In this document: in pieces, positions 28,429 to 39,125 of the stretch
Layout of the letters: each line of letters begins with the position of its first letter
Numbering within the stretch: the first letter of the stretch is position 1
NCBI GenBank assembly: GCA_965199955.1
Contig: CBDATQ010000001.1
Span: forward strand, 1,504,001 to 1,568,000
Source: Spirochaetia bacterium
GTDB lineage: Bacteria > Spirochaetota > Spirochaetia > SZUA-6 > Bin103
Length of the DNA stretch: 64,000 nt
Direction of reading: 5' to 3'
Position numbers and translations under genes: made by a program
Notes under the pieces: generated by a model
Databases searched by the model: none
What the model was told of the DNA's origin: nothing
The model's input: only the letters and a program-made list of their open reading frames with translations

Positions 28429-30353
28429 CACTCTGGATCCGAGTCGGCTTCCCGACGGGCTTGCGGCTCCACGCACAGCAGGGTCGAAGAGTAGGGAGCG
28501 AGCCGGCAATCGCCGGAGTCGCCGGGCCGGCGTTCCAGCGTGAACGGGTCTATCCAGGTGCGGTGGCCGGGGGCGGACACGTCGATGCGCGCCTCGACCG
28601 GGTGCACGCCTTCGTTGGTGATCAGGTAGCAGTGCACGCCGTCCTTGACGACGTGGCGGGAGCGCAGGTCGGGCTGTGAGGGCGTCACCCGCAGGTCGGC
28701 CGGTGCGAGCCGTTCCAGCTCGGCGACCATGGCGTCGTCCTCTGCGCCGTCATGGGCGGGCCAGCGCAGGAGGCGGCCGGCCTCTTCAAGCCGGCGTAGC
28801 GGCTCGGCGGCGCGTTCCGGCAGCGGGTTCGGGCCGTCGTCGAAGCCGTCGACGATCAGCGCGCGGTAGTGCATACCGGCCAGCCGGATGCCGTCGGCGT
28901 CGACCTGCGCGTCCTCCCATAGGTGGCGGGCCTCCAGGTAGTTGAAGTCGCGCTGGTGGGTGAACATTACGCGCGCCGCCCGCCACGGCACGTAGCAGGC
29001 GTCCGCCAGGACCGCCACGTCGCAGACGTGCGTGGCGTCGGTGTTTACGTAGCAGAGCCGCCGGCAGTAGTCGGCGTAGGGCCGGTAGCGGTCCCACCAG
29101 GGGCTGTTGGGCCCGACGTCGGGCGGCGCCTCGTTCACGCGGTGGCCGCGCACCGAGTAGAAGAACGCGTGCGGGAACAGCAGGTTGATACCCCGCACCA
29201 GGCACCAGTCGGTGAGCCACTTCATCTGGTCGTAGGTCAGGGTGTGGCCGTAGGCGCCGAGCAATTCCTCGCTGCACTGCCGGCGGTCCAGGTGGACCAT
29301 CGACGAGGAGACGCACTTTGCCTGCACCGACTCCCGTCCGTCGATCGCACCCGGCTTGCCGGGAAGGATCATGCCGGCAATGACATCCTGCCCGGGGATC
29401 TGGAAGAAGCGCTCGGAGCCCAGGTCGTCCGTCCACTGGGGGTGCCCGCACAGGGCGACGCCGTGCGCCTCGCACCAGTCGGACAGCGGCCGGTAGTAGG
29501 TCTCGTGCAGCCGCAGCCGCATCGCGCGGTTGTAGTCCGCGCGCGCCTGCGGTGCGTCGGGCTCGCCGTCGAACCACAGCGCCGGCAGGCGAGGGGCGAA
29601 GTCGTAGCCGAGCAGCCGCTCGACGTGCTGCAGGATGCCGGTCGTGCCGGCCCGGATGCGGCCCTTCTCCCTCCGGCACTTGCCGCCGAACTCGTTGGGC
29701 TCGTCGGTGAAGATGCCGCGGATGAGGGTGCCGAAGTGCTCCCCGAACGCTTCCGCGAACCGGTCGTACACCAGCCTGATGAAACAGGCGACCGCCGCCG
29801 GATTGAGCAGGTCGGCCGTGGCGGGCTCATCCTCGGCGCGGGTAGCCTCGTCCGGATCGGTGTAGTGCAGGCCGCGGATATGGCAGCGGGTCGGGCGGTC
29901 GTAGAACGCCAGGCGGGTGCCGCTGGCGCGCTCGGCGATCGCCGCCAGGTGGTGGCCCGGCGCCAGGGCCGGCACCTCGCCCGCGGTCAGCACCTGGTAG
30001 TCCAGGCCGCGCGACTGCAGCGCCCGATCGGCGGCGACCACCTGGCCGCTGGCTGCTCCGGAGGGATACATGCCCTCGTCGTACAGGTAGACTAGCAGGT
30101 CGCGGCGCCGCGCCTCCTCGATCGCCACGTGCATGAAGTGCAGGAAGCGATCGGACATCCAGCCGATGTCGCGCGGCAGGCCCACGCGCGGGTGGATCAT
30201 GAAGCCGTATACGCCGTGCGCCTGGAAGTCGTCGATCTGGCGCACCAGCTCGTCCTCGGTGAGCACGTCGTTCCAGAACCATTGCGGCACCACGGTGAAC
30301 TCCCGCAGCGGATCGCCAAGTGCGTGCAGCATGCCGGTAGTAGACCGCATCAC
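28428..30353 (-). CDS. Glycoside hydrolase, GH106 alpha-L-rhamnosidase-like
   Basis: PQWFWN, IHPRVGL, LYDEGMYPSG, GIFTDEP, GINLLFPHAFFYS. Confidence 0.7.
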   Translation of the reverse strand: MMRSTTGMLHALGDPLREFTVVPQWFWNDVLTEDELVRQIDDFQAHGVYGFMIHPRVGLPRDIGWMSDRFLHFMHVAIEEARRRDLLVYLYDEGMYPSGAASGQVVAADRALQSRGLDYQVLTAGEVPALAPGHHLAAIAERASGTRLAFYDRPTRCHIRGLHYTDPDEATRAEDEPATADLLNPAAVACFIRLVYDRFAEAFGEHFGTLIRGIFTDEPNEFGGKCRREKGRIRAGTTGILQHVERLLGYDFAPRLPALWFDGEPDAPQARADYNRAMRLRLHETYYRPLSDWCEAHGVALCGHPQWTDDLGSERFFQIPGQDVIAGMILPGKPGAIDGRESVQAKCVSSSMVHLDRRQCSEELLGAYGHTLTYDQMKWLTDWCLVRGINLLFPHAFFYSVRGHRVNEAPPDVGPNSPWWDRYRPYADYCRRLCYVNTDATHVCDVAVLADACYVPWRAARVMFTHQRDFNYLEARHLWEDAQVDADGIRLAGMHYRALIVDGFDDGPNPLPERAAEPLRRLEEAGRLLRWPAHDGAEDDAMVAELERLAPADLRVTPSQPDLRSRHVVKDGVHCYLITNEGVHPVEARIDVSAPGHRTWIDPFTLERRPGDSGDCRLAPYSSTLLCVEPQARREADSDPE

Positions 30354-30374
30354 CGGCCCCGCGTCACGCGCGGT

Positions 30375-31427
30375 TCAGTTGAACTCCGTTCCGCCCTTGC
30401 GCGTCAGGTACTTCCCCGAGACGCTCTTCAGGATCACCCGGCCGAACTCGTGCGACACGCGCTCGGCGGCCGGCTTCACGACCACGCCTTCGCGCACGTG
30501 CGCGCCGCCGAGCGTGGTCGCGCCGTCGGTCAACTCCTGCAGCTTCGCACGGCTGAACGGCCCGCGGTACAGATCGGGAACCAGCGGAAACAGATCGCTC
30601 AACGTTTCCGCCAGCTCGTCGGGGTTCAGGTAGCGGCCCGTTCCCGGCTCGCCGACGTACGCGTCGAACACCGCGAACGAGGGGTTGGGCTGGCCGTAGT
30701 GCAGGTCCTGTACGCCGCGGCCGTAGACCTCGCCCAGGACATAGCACGACTGCCCGTCAGCGGCGATCCGCGTGCGCGCGGACTCGAACGCCTCCTGGTG
30801 CGCGCCCCATGTCCGTACGTACAGGTTGTTCCGGTTCGCATCGTCCAGCAGCAGCGCCAGTCCCTTGTCGGACATGCCCTTGGAGGTGACGATCGGGCCA
30901 TGCTCGCCATGCCGCCCCAGGCAGCACCACGTGCCGTGCAGCTTCTCCGTGATGACCACCGGCTCGCCGTCGCGGAACTCCTCCGGGTACTTCTTGAAGT
31001 CCTCGATGTCGTACTTGAGGGTCGCGCCGTGGACCGCTCGCACTTCCCCCTGCATGGAGATCGGGATCGGTGGCTCGTACTTTACCAGCTCCAGCAGCTC
31101 GGTGACGTCGTCGCCCTCGGCTACCTGCCGGCCGCGGATCATTCCGTCGCGGACCGGGTAGACCAGGCCCTGCGACAGCGAGCCGCGCAGCTGCACCGCC
31201 TTGACGCGGGTCTTTTTGCTGCCGGCCAGCTTGCCTTCCAGCCCCAGCTCCGTGATCAGCCACTCGGGGCAGATCGCTCCCTCGGGGATGTAGGCGGCCA
31301 GGTCGCCGTCGACGTAGCTGTCCTTGCCGACGACGCAGCGAAAGCCGCCGATCGCCGCCAGCTCCAGGCGGTCGGCGTTGGGGTGCGGCTCGATGCGTAG
31401 CGAGTAGATCCGTGATTCGAATGCCAT
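30375..31427 (-). CDS. RNA ligase (ATP), DRB0094 family
   Basis: N-terminal HPNADRLE...LRGSLSQG module; nucleotidyltransferase motif I TEKLHG, GEVYG, FAVFD, REGVVV, ILKSVS..YL. Confidence 0.9.
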   Translation of the reverse strand: MAFESRIYSLRIEPHPNADRLELAAIGGFRCVVGKDSYVDGDLAAYIPEGAICPEWLITELGLEGKLAGSKKTRVKAVQLRGSLSQGLVYPVRDGMIRGRQVAEGDDVTELLELVKYEPPIPISMQGEVRAVHGATLKYDIEDFKKYPEEFRDGEPVVITEKLHGTWCCLGRHGEHGPIVTSKGMSDKGLALLLDDANRNNLYVRTWGAHQEAFESARTRIAADGQSCYVLGEVYGRGVQDLHYGQPNPSFAVFDAYVGEPGTGRYLNPDELAETLSDLFPLVPDLYRGPFSRAKLQELTDGATTLGGAHVREGVVVKPAAERVSHEFGRVILKSVSGKYLTRKGGTEFN

Positions 31428-31603
31428 GGCGGAGTAGACAAACATACGGAAGCGCGAAGCGACAGTCAAGCTCGGCACGCGCCGAGGCGCTGCCCACGTT
31501 GCCGAGAGACCGGGGTGGACGGCCTGCCAGAGATGGCCGGATCCCTATCGACCCTGCTGCGGCCCACACGGCACAGAACACTTGTGCCTATTGCCTCAAC
31601 TAA

Positions 31604-33151
31604 GCCGAAGTTCCAGGAGCGAAATGCTCTGAAATCTTTGTGATCATGATAGTTACCTTGATTCCTCAGGGTCGCGTGCGTGGCTACACGCGGGATTTGA
31701 TCCCAAGCAGCTCGAAACAGCGCTGCTGAACCGGCGTCGGGTGCGTGTGCAGCGTGAATGTGCTTTCGCCGTCGGCGATTCGCATCGTGTTCGCCGTCAG
31801 CGTGCCCAGCTCAGTGATCAGCGTCCGAAAGCTGTGCACCGGCAGCCCGTCCTCGGTGCGCTTGCTCGACGCCTTGGCCGCCGCGGCCGCCGATCGCTGC
31901 GCCGGAGCCACCTCGGAGACCCGCTTGCGCTCTCGAAGCCCCTTGTAGGCGCGCACCGTCTGCGCCGCGTCGAACACGTCCGGTTCCACGTTGCTGCGCA
32001 CGATGTACAGCCCGTCCAGCGCCGCCTCGGCGGCGATCTTGTGCTCATCACGGTGAAAGCTGAACGACTCGGAGGTGATCTCGGCCAAGTCGCGCTCGTC
32101 GAACAACGACGGCACCACCTCACCGGCGGCCACCAGCTTGCGGATCGTCGGCGCGCGCAGCGTCGTGATCCAGCGCAGCCCCTCCATCTCTTGCAGGTCC
32201 TCGCGGATCCTCGCCGCGCTCAGCATCCCGCGGTCGCCGACCAGCACCACCCGCGTGAGTCCGAAGCGGGTGCGGATCTTGTCCACCTGCGCGCTCACCG
32301 TCTTCGGGTCGGCGGTAGAGCCAGGCAAGACTTCCACCGCCACCGGACAGCCTTCCTGGGTGCACAGCAGCCCGAACACGATCTGCAGCGTGCCCGACTT
32401 GCCGTCACGGCTGTGTCCCAACTGCGCCAGCTCGCAGTGGCTGCCCTCGAAGTAGGTCGAGCTCAGGTCGTAGAGCACCAGCGTGTGCTCGCTGAGGTGC
32501 TGTTCAGCCAGGCGATCCTCGATCGCCGACTGGCGCCCGACCAACCAGTCCATCGCCTCATAGAGCTCGTTCTCATCGACCTCCCCCAGCCGCAGCGACT
32601 CGCCCAGGGTGGACACGGCGCTGGGCGGTGACAGCGCGCGGGCGGTGGCCAGCTTGGACTGCGCGTCGATGACGCGGGCGGTGATCATGGCGATGACCAG
32701 CTCGCGCGAGCGGCTGGCCTTGCGGGCGATGAGGGTGTGCAGCCCGAGGTGCTTGAGGATGCCCAGCACGGCGGCGACATGGCCGTGGGGGAGGCTGCGC
32801 AGGCAGTCGAACGCGTCTTTGGGGTTGACCAGCGGTTCGCCCTTGAGGGCTCTGCGGATCAGATCGATGACGTGATCGGGGAGGTGGGAGATGTTGCCGA
32901 GGGTTTCGTGCTTGATCTTTCCGTCCTGGCGGAAGGTACGGCGCAGCAGGTGGGTGTGGTAGGTCCGGTTGCCATGGCGGCGCGTAGTGGTGGCTACATG
33001 CACGGGTCCCTGTCTGCTGGGCATAGTTGCCAGGATAGCAGAAAAAGGAACAAGCGGTCAACTACACTCGTGGCTACACATTGCACCTCTAAAATGCCGT
33101 AACTGCCATTGCTTCAAATAGTTACGTCAATTTCGGCTCTGGAACTTCGGA
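31604..33151 (-). mobile_element. IS1634-family element, copy 1, internally deleted
   Basis: Ends GCCGAAGTTCCAG and CTGGAACTTCGGA, flanked by CTAA at 31600-31603 and 33152-33155. Confidence 0.9.
31684..33024 (-). pseudogene. IS1634 transposase with two in-frame deletions
   Basis: LYDLSSTYFEG and VGDRGM present; the VERAF segment seen in copy 2 is missing. Confidence 0.88.
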
Positions 33152-33156
33152 CTAAT

Positions 33157-34080
33157 CTACCTGCCGTTATGGAGAATGTCCAGTTGCGGCGATTCAGCGA
33201 TCCGGTTGAAAATCGACTTTGCGATGACGGGGAAAACGTCGCGCATGGCGTCCTTGTCGGTCATGTACTTTTCGACCAGCTTGCCGTTGGAGCTGAGCAT
33301 CTGCACCATGATGCGGTCAATCATCTCTCCGATAGCGAGTTCGAACTTGTCGTACTCGTTAGCGGTGGCCCAGAGCCGGACCTGCTCGTCGTTCACGGCT
33401 TTGGCCACCACCTGTTGAAAGAACAGCCGGTCCTCTTCACCCAGGTTCATGCCGTGCTGTTCGTTGAGGATCGCGATAATCTCCGATAGCGGGGCTCTTT
33501 CCGGCTCGGTACGCTTGGAGCCGATCTCTCCCGGCCCGACGACGGTGTTATCGCCATCGAATGCGATGGCCCCGTACCACTTGCGTTCCAGCCGGTAGGA
33601 TTCCAGATCAACGTTGTCGGTGATGTTGATGGCCTCCGCGCTTCCGTCGCTGCGGAGGCACGGAAGGAGGAGCCGTCCGAAAAGCGCCATCTTTTCCAGT
33701 TGGCCATCGCCATAAGGGATGATCTGGCTCAGGAAGGCGTAGAGCTTGCAGAAGGCGTTCAATTTGCCACGAAAGACAACAGCGTCTTCCTCGTCGGCTT
33801 CGCCGAACCGTTGCACCGCAGGTTGCAGTTTGGCTTGTAGCGCAGCGTGTGTCCGCTTATAGGCCAACTTACGGCTGCTGAAGTAGATTTGGCGAAGGCG
33901 TTGACTTCATCTAGGTGATAGATGCCGGTATCGTCGAGTTCGCCTTGAAGTTGATCCAGCCGGTGCGGGTCGGTGGTTTCCCTGATTTCGGTGCGGTCGT
34001 AGTACGGCGCGAACGCGGCGGCAATGTCCTCCGGGTTGTTTCTGAAGTCAAGGACAAACGGGTCTTGCTGACCTGCAACC
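33157..34080 (-). pseudogene. hsdR: Type I restriction endonuclease subunit R, C-terminal remnant
   Basis: DPFVLDFRN...FAPYY, frameshift near 33890, then YAFLSQII, YRL, LSEII..LNE.HG; no helicase motifs. Confidence 0.75.
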
Positions 34081-34103
34081 TATCGAGCAACTGCCAGGAA
34101 CAA

Positions 34104-34484
34104 TCAGGAAGATACATCGAACCTGATGACGATTGGGTTTCCTGACAGCGTGCGAATCAGTAGCCAAGCAAGAACAGCAAGCAGAGGCAGGACCCAGATC
34201 AGCACACCTATCGCTTCCATGATTCCCCTCGGCGTCACACCCCACTTGTAGACTGCTATCTCTTCTCGGAAAGCTGCACGCCACTCAGCTTTCTTCTCAG
34301 GAGACATCCTGATAGAATCCCACACCTTCCCCCAAGGAACGGAAAGAATGCCGAACAGAATTGTCCCGGCCGCATAGATCCGCGTCTTGTCGATGCCCAA
34401 CACGGACTCTACCCACAACCCCAGGAACAGGGTAAGCAGAGCATTTGCAGCTCTGCGCAGCAGAATGCCTCGATTTCTTCCCAT
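34104..34484 (-). CDS. Hypothetical membrane protein, visibly lower GC
   Basis: 126 aa ORF with three hydrophobic segments. Confidence 0.5.
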   Translation of the reverse strand: MGRNRGILLRRAANALLTLFLGLWVESVLGIDKTRIYAAGTILFGILSVPWGKVWDSIRMSPEKKAEWRAAFREEIAVYKWGVTPRGIMEAIGVLIWVLPLLAVLAWLLIRTLSGNPIVIRFDVSS

Positions 34485-34511
34485 GGATAAGCAGCATCGG
34501 TCCGGAGATCA

Positions 34512-34712
34512 GGCTTTGTCAAGTGCATAATAACTGTCGAATGCTTATCGCCGTCAGCGCAAGGAGCTGCGGCTGAGCCTTGACAGCTTCTTGGAATTGT
34601 TCCTGACGACGAGCATGTGTTTCAGTACCTCCCGCTGCGCTGGCCGAACGGCATCCGTTGCCCCAGGTGCGGCGGTGGCGACATCGTGGAGCGTAAGAAT
34701 CGCCGGCCATGA
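34512..34712 (+). mobile_element. IS1595-like transposase 5' remnant (zinc ribbon)
   Basis: LRWPNGIRCPRCGG with a frameshifted FLELF..DD..F upstream and an AT-rich end-like sequence. Confidence 0.6.
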
Positions 34713-34862
34713 TAAAGCGTTCGCTCCTGCGGCACAGTAGCGAGGATGGGTAAAGTCGTCACATACTCGATCATGTGGCTTGGCAGGCGAACCTCTGTGC
34801 TGGGTAAAGTTGGCCTACATTCCCTTTCATTCCGAATCATACCAGGGTCGCAGCCCGGCGGG

Positions 34863-35547
34863 TCAGATCGACCGGCGGGTCAGGCTGAAGCTCTGCGCGG
34901 TCGGGCCGTGGTCCGGCTGGGTGGCTAGGAACAGCGCCAGCGGAGCCACGTCCTCCGGCTCCTTCATCACCTCGCTGTCGGAGTAGGGTGGCGGCCCGCT
35001 GGAGGCCGTGAGCCGCGTGGCCACGGGGCCGGGAATGAGCTCGTTGACCGTGTGTTGTGCTGCCAGACTTCCTCGGCCAGGCACCGCGTGAACATCCACA
35101 GGCCGGCCTTGCCCACGTGATAGGCGCAGCCGTTCGCCGTCGGCCGGTGGCCCATGCCCGAGCCCACGTTGATCACCCGTCCGCCGCCGGACTCCACCAT
35201 CAACGGCAGCAGCGCCCGCGACACCAGGTAGGCGCTGACGCAATTGACCGTGACGTCCTCGACCCAGAGGTCGGGGTCGCTGTCCAGAATGCCCTTGTGC
35301 TCCAGCCCCCCGCCCGCGTTGTTGACCAGAATGTCCAGGCGGCCGAACGCGGTCCGGACGGCGCCGGCCAGGTCGTCCACCGCCCCACGCCGCGTAACGT
35401 CCGTGGGAACCGCGATGGCGCGGCGGCGCTGCGCGCGGCGAGGACCAGATCCGCCCCTTCGGCGGCGTAGGCGATGGCGATGGCGCGGCCGATCCCGCGC
35501 CCGCTGCCGGTTACGACGGCAACCTTCCCGAAGAGTAGCGGCATCAC
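34863..35547 (-). pseudogene. SDR oxidoreductase, multiple frameshifts
   Basis: VTGSGRGIG, DILVNNAG, INVGS, YHVGK and PGPV.T lie in different frames. Confidence 0.85.
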
Positions 35548-35626
35548 AGGACTCCTTTCGTGCAGGGTCGGGGATGCCTCCGCTCGCCGTCAATCACGTA
35601 CGACGCTGTCGCGTCCGGCGGACCCT

Positions 35627-36984
35627 ATTGCCTCAACTAAGAATCGAACCGTAGCGAGGCCATGCCTCACGAATGAATCTAACCGAAGGCGGCGGCGGAA
35701 ACGAGGGGAGGCGCGAGTGGGGAGACTCACAGGCTGTGGATATGTGGATACAACGTGGGCGGCGGCGTGGCGCGTGCGGCAAGAGTGCTCGCTGCAGACG
35801 GTGGCTGCCGTTGCGGAGCTGCCCATCGGAGCGGATCGTGGCGAGCGCCAGGCTCCCTCACACGGGCAGGTGGTCTGCGAGCGCAGGCAGCAGCGGTGGC
35901 GCCGCGGTGCACAGAGCCGGACGCGAATCAACGTTGGTGGAGCGCACTGCGGGTATCGGGACACCACCCCGGCGCAGCAAACGCCGTGAGGGCAATCCTC
36001 GCGCGTTGATTTCTCCGCTCACGGCCCGCTGAGGCCGAGCGACCCTCCAGAGCCGTCCGAGCCGCCGTTCGGCGCCAACGCTCATCGGTTGCTCGGCCGT
36101 GCCGGGGGCCGTGTCTTGTCGGCATGCGCCCGCAGCAGGTGATCGGTCAATCGGGTCAGCTCGCGCTTCGTGGCGCAGGTAGCCGACCGCGCGGCGCACC
36201 ACGTGGCCGTTCTTCTGCTCGACGTAGCAGGTGTCGTTCTTGCGGTACGGGCGCGCGCGCGTGAAGGTGATCTGATGCTCGTTGCAGAAGCCGACCAAGT
36301 GGTGGTTGATGAATTCGCTGCCGTTGTCGGTGTCGATGCCCTTGAGCGGGATCGGCAGCGTGCGGCGTGCGTCCTGCAGGGCCGCGTGGGTCCAACGCTG
36401 CGCCTTGTTCTTCAGCCCGTGCAGCTCGACCCAGCCGGTGTCGAGGTCGGTGAGGCTCAGCGTGTGGCACAACTCGCCGGAGGCGTTGCCGCCGTCGTGG
36501 CCCACCAGGTCGATCTCGAAGAAGCCCGGCTCCTGTTCGTTCCAGTCGGCGAAGGTGCGGATCGGGATCTGGTGCTTCAGGAGGCTGCCTGGCTTGGTGT
36601 GGGTGCGGCCCTTGATCTGCAGCCGCGCGCGGGGCTTGGGGCGCCGGGGGCGTCCGACCACGAGCTTGACCATCTGTTCGTCGATGCGCACCACGCGGGT
36701 ACGCCCCCAAGAGTTCAGCAGATGGATCGCGTACTTGCGTGTGTAGCCGGTGGCCTCGACGAACTCGCCGAGGATGACCGTCTTGTCCTTCCTGGCGGCG
36801 CTGCGGTACCGCCGCGCTACCTGCTCCGTGAGTGCCCTGCGCTCACCCATCGTCAGCCCCATCTCCTCGGAACCTCCTCCGCGGTGTGCGAAGGGCTCCG
36901 GACCGGACCGTGAGGTCCAGCCGCTTCGGTTAGATTTTTAGGTGAGGCACGCTTTCGGCAGGGTTAGATTCCTGGTGAGGCAAT
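35627..36984 (-). mobile_element. Integrase-core (rve-like) IS element with truncated transposase 35858..36862
   Basis: ILGEFVEATGYTRKYAI, PGFFEIDLVGHDG, IDTDNGSEFIN, RPYRKND..YVEQKN; each end carries two GGTT(A/C)GATT-n5-TGAGGCA motifs, inverted between ends. Confidence 0.85.
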
Positions 36985-37027
36985 GCGTGTAGTTGACCTG
37001 GTTCCTGGAGCAGCGGTAGGCTGAACC

Positions 37028-38419
37028 ATGAGAACCAGTTGTTTTGTCCGTCCTGAGGCCGTCGGCGTGCTGCTTGCGACGCTGCTGGTGGGCTGCTCGG
37101 CGCCCGTTTCCACGGAGCCGCCGGACACCAAGCCGAGTTTCGGCGGACAGACAGTACCCGATCAGACCTACACGGTGGGCGCCCCGATCGCGCTGTTGGT
37201 GTTGCCGGCGGCGACCGGTGGCAATCCGCCGTTGAGCTACAGCTTGACGCCGACCGTGCCGGGCCTGCGATTCGCGGCGGCGAGCCGGACCCTGCAAGGG
37301 ACGCCGAGTTCAGCGGGAACGCATTCCATTACGTATCGCGTAGTGGACGCCGACGGCGACGCGGCAACGCTTCGCTTTGAAGTGCGCGTGGCCCCGGCCC
37401 CGGTGGCGGACACCAAGCCGAGTTTCGGCGGACAGACAGTACCCGATCAGACCTACACGGTGGACGCCCCGATTGCGCCGTTGGTGTTGCCGGCGGCGAC
37501 CGGTGGCAATCCGCCGTTGAGCTACAGCTTGACGCCGACCGTGCCGGGCCTGCGATTCGCGGCGGCGAGCCGGACCCTGCAAGGGACGCCGAGTTCAGCG
37601 GGAACGCATTCCATGACGTATCGCGTAGTGGACGCCGACGGCGACGCGGCAACGCTTCGCTTTGAAGTGCGCGTGGCCCCGGCCCCGGTGGCGGACACCA
37701 AGCCGAGTTTCGGCGGACAGACAGTACCCGATCAGACCTACACGGTGGGCGCCCCGATCGCGCTGTTGGTGTTGCCGGCGGCGACCGGTGGCAATCCGCC
37801 GTTGAGCTACAGCTTGACGCCGACCGTGCCGGGCCTGCGATTCGCGGCGGCGAGCCGGACCCTGCAAGGGACGCCGAGTTCAGTGGGAACGCATTCCATG
37901 ACGTATCGCGTAGTGGACGCCGACGGCGACGCGGCAACGCTTCGCTTTGAAGTGCGCGTGGCCCCGGTACCGGAACCTGACGACGGGAGTTGGGTGACGT
38001 GGGAGACGACGAATCCTCTTGACGACACGACAACCGTTGTCGCGTTTCTCCGCGCAGTAGAGGGCGTCGGTGGATACAGCTCAGATCCGTTCTTGCTGGT
38101 CGCTCGATGCAAGTCAGACAAGACCGAGGTGTACATCGATTGGCATGACTACCTCGGCGACGACACGAAGAACAAAAAGCGGGTCACCTACCGGTTCCCG
38201 CCATCCGACGCGGTGACCGAGCTGTGGGGCGTCAGCACCGACAACGAAGCGACGTTCGTGGCGAGAGCGATTCCGTTCCTGAGGACACTGGTCCAGAGTG
38301 ACCGACTGGTCGCGCAGACGACCCCGTATGGTGAATCACCCAGTCTGGCCGTGTTCGACTTGGCCGGGGCACCTGTCGCGATCGCTAGGGTTGCTGAGGA
38401 GTGTCACTGGGAGTTCTGA
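37028..38419 (+). CDS. Lipoprotein with three Ig/cadherin-like (He_PIG-type) repeats and a C-terminal VasI/TagO-like domain
   Basis: Lipobox LLVGC; 95 aa repeats LPAATGGNPPLSYSL...PGLRF...YRVVDADGD; C-terminus NPLDD...LVARC...TPYGE...FDLAG...CHW. Confidence 0.75.
   Translation: MRTSCFVRPEAVGVLLATLLVGCSAPVSTEPPDTKPSFGGQTVPDQTYTVGAPIALLVLPAATGGNPPLSYSLTPTVPGLRFAAASRTLQGTPSSAGTHSITYRVVDADGDAATLRFEVRVAPAPVADTKPSFGGQTVPDQTYTVDAPIAPLVLPAATGGNPPLSYSLTPTVPGLRFAAASRTLQGTPSSAGTHSMTYRVVDADGDAATLRFEVRVAPAPVADTKPSFGGQTVPDQTYTVGAPIALLVLPAATGGNPPLSYSLTPTVPGLRFAAASRTLQGTPSSVGTHSMTYRVVDADGDAATLRFEVRVAPVPEPDDGSWVTWETTNPLDDTTTVVAFLRAVEGVGGYSSDPFLLVARCKSDKTEVYIDWHDYLGDDTKNKKRVTYRFPPSDAVTELWGVSTDNEATFVARAIPFLRTLVQSDRLVAQTTPYGESPSLAVFDLAGAPVAIARVAEECHWEF
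37123..37968 (+). repeat. Three near-identical 285-bp tandem repeats
   Basis: Units start at 37123, 37408 and 37693 (GGACACCAAGCCGAGTTTCGG) and differ by only a few substitutions. Confidence 0.97.
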
Positions 38420-38505
38420 CTTCGACCCCTCCCGCGCCGGGAGAACGGAACTCTGGCCGTCGTCGCCGTCGTTCCGTGGGGGAAAGCGGACTGCGGTGGA
38501 GCGTT

Positions 38506-38916
38506 TCAGCGATCGTACTCCGCACCGCCCGTTGAAATGCGGTAAAGCGTGCGCGAGTAGGGCAGCCGCAAGTAGGTGTGTGCCTCTTCAAGCACTCGCC
38601 CGAGGACCATTCCTCGGCACAACAGGCTCACGCCATCTTGAATCCGTAGGCAAATCGCATCGGCGCTGTCGATGAACCTCGTGTTGGTCAAGCGAGACAT
38701 CACCACGGTGCGCCCTTCAGGAACTGCGCCGATCGGCTGAACGACGAACACGGTGACCTGGGTGGAAATCAGCACCGAAACCACGATAACAGCCATGGCC
38801 ACGATGATTGCAACGCGCGCGCGGCGGGCTCTTGTACCACGACGCGCGGTCCCTGATCCACCGCCGACCAGATGATGTGGTTCTGTGGCGTTCCGCTTCT
38901 CGTCCGTCATCATCAT
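38506..38916 (-). CDS. Hypothetical single-pass membrane protein
   Basis: TM segment followed by VFVVQPIGAVPEG...FIDSADAIC...LLCRG...RLPYS. Confidence 0.65.
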   Translation of the reverse strand: MMMTDEKRNATEPHHLVGGGSGTARRGTRARRARVAIIVAMAVIVVSVLISTQVTVFVVQPIGAVPEGRTVVMSRLTNTRFIDSADAICLRIQDGVSLLCRGMVLGRVLEEAHTYLRLPYSRTLYRISTGGAEYDR

Positions 38917-39125
38917 CCGGCATCATACACAAGACCAACGGGCTTGGTCGCTCTCTTGGGGCTACCGGCGCGCGAAGCCCGTTGAACTTGCGGAGCCTAC
39001 GCCCTGTGGGGTGGCCCACTGGGCCGCGTGGTGAACGAACCGATTGCCGGCTAGATGAGGCCTTGGTGCTGGCCCTACTGATGGCTGAACGGCGTCGAGG
39101 GAGTGTCCGGGTTTGAGCGGCCAGA

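Noticed and set aside
37123..37968. Tandem repeats as a CRISPR array or DGR template/variable pair
   Set aside because: Units are 285 bp, in frame and without spacers; no cas or reverse transcriptase gene in the window.
38933..38987. attC-like hairpin (CAACGGGCTT...AAGCCCGTTG ending GTTGAAC)
   Set aside because: Single occurrence, imperfect core sites, no integron integrase or cassette array seen.
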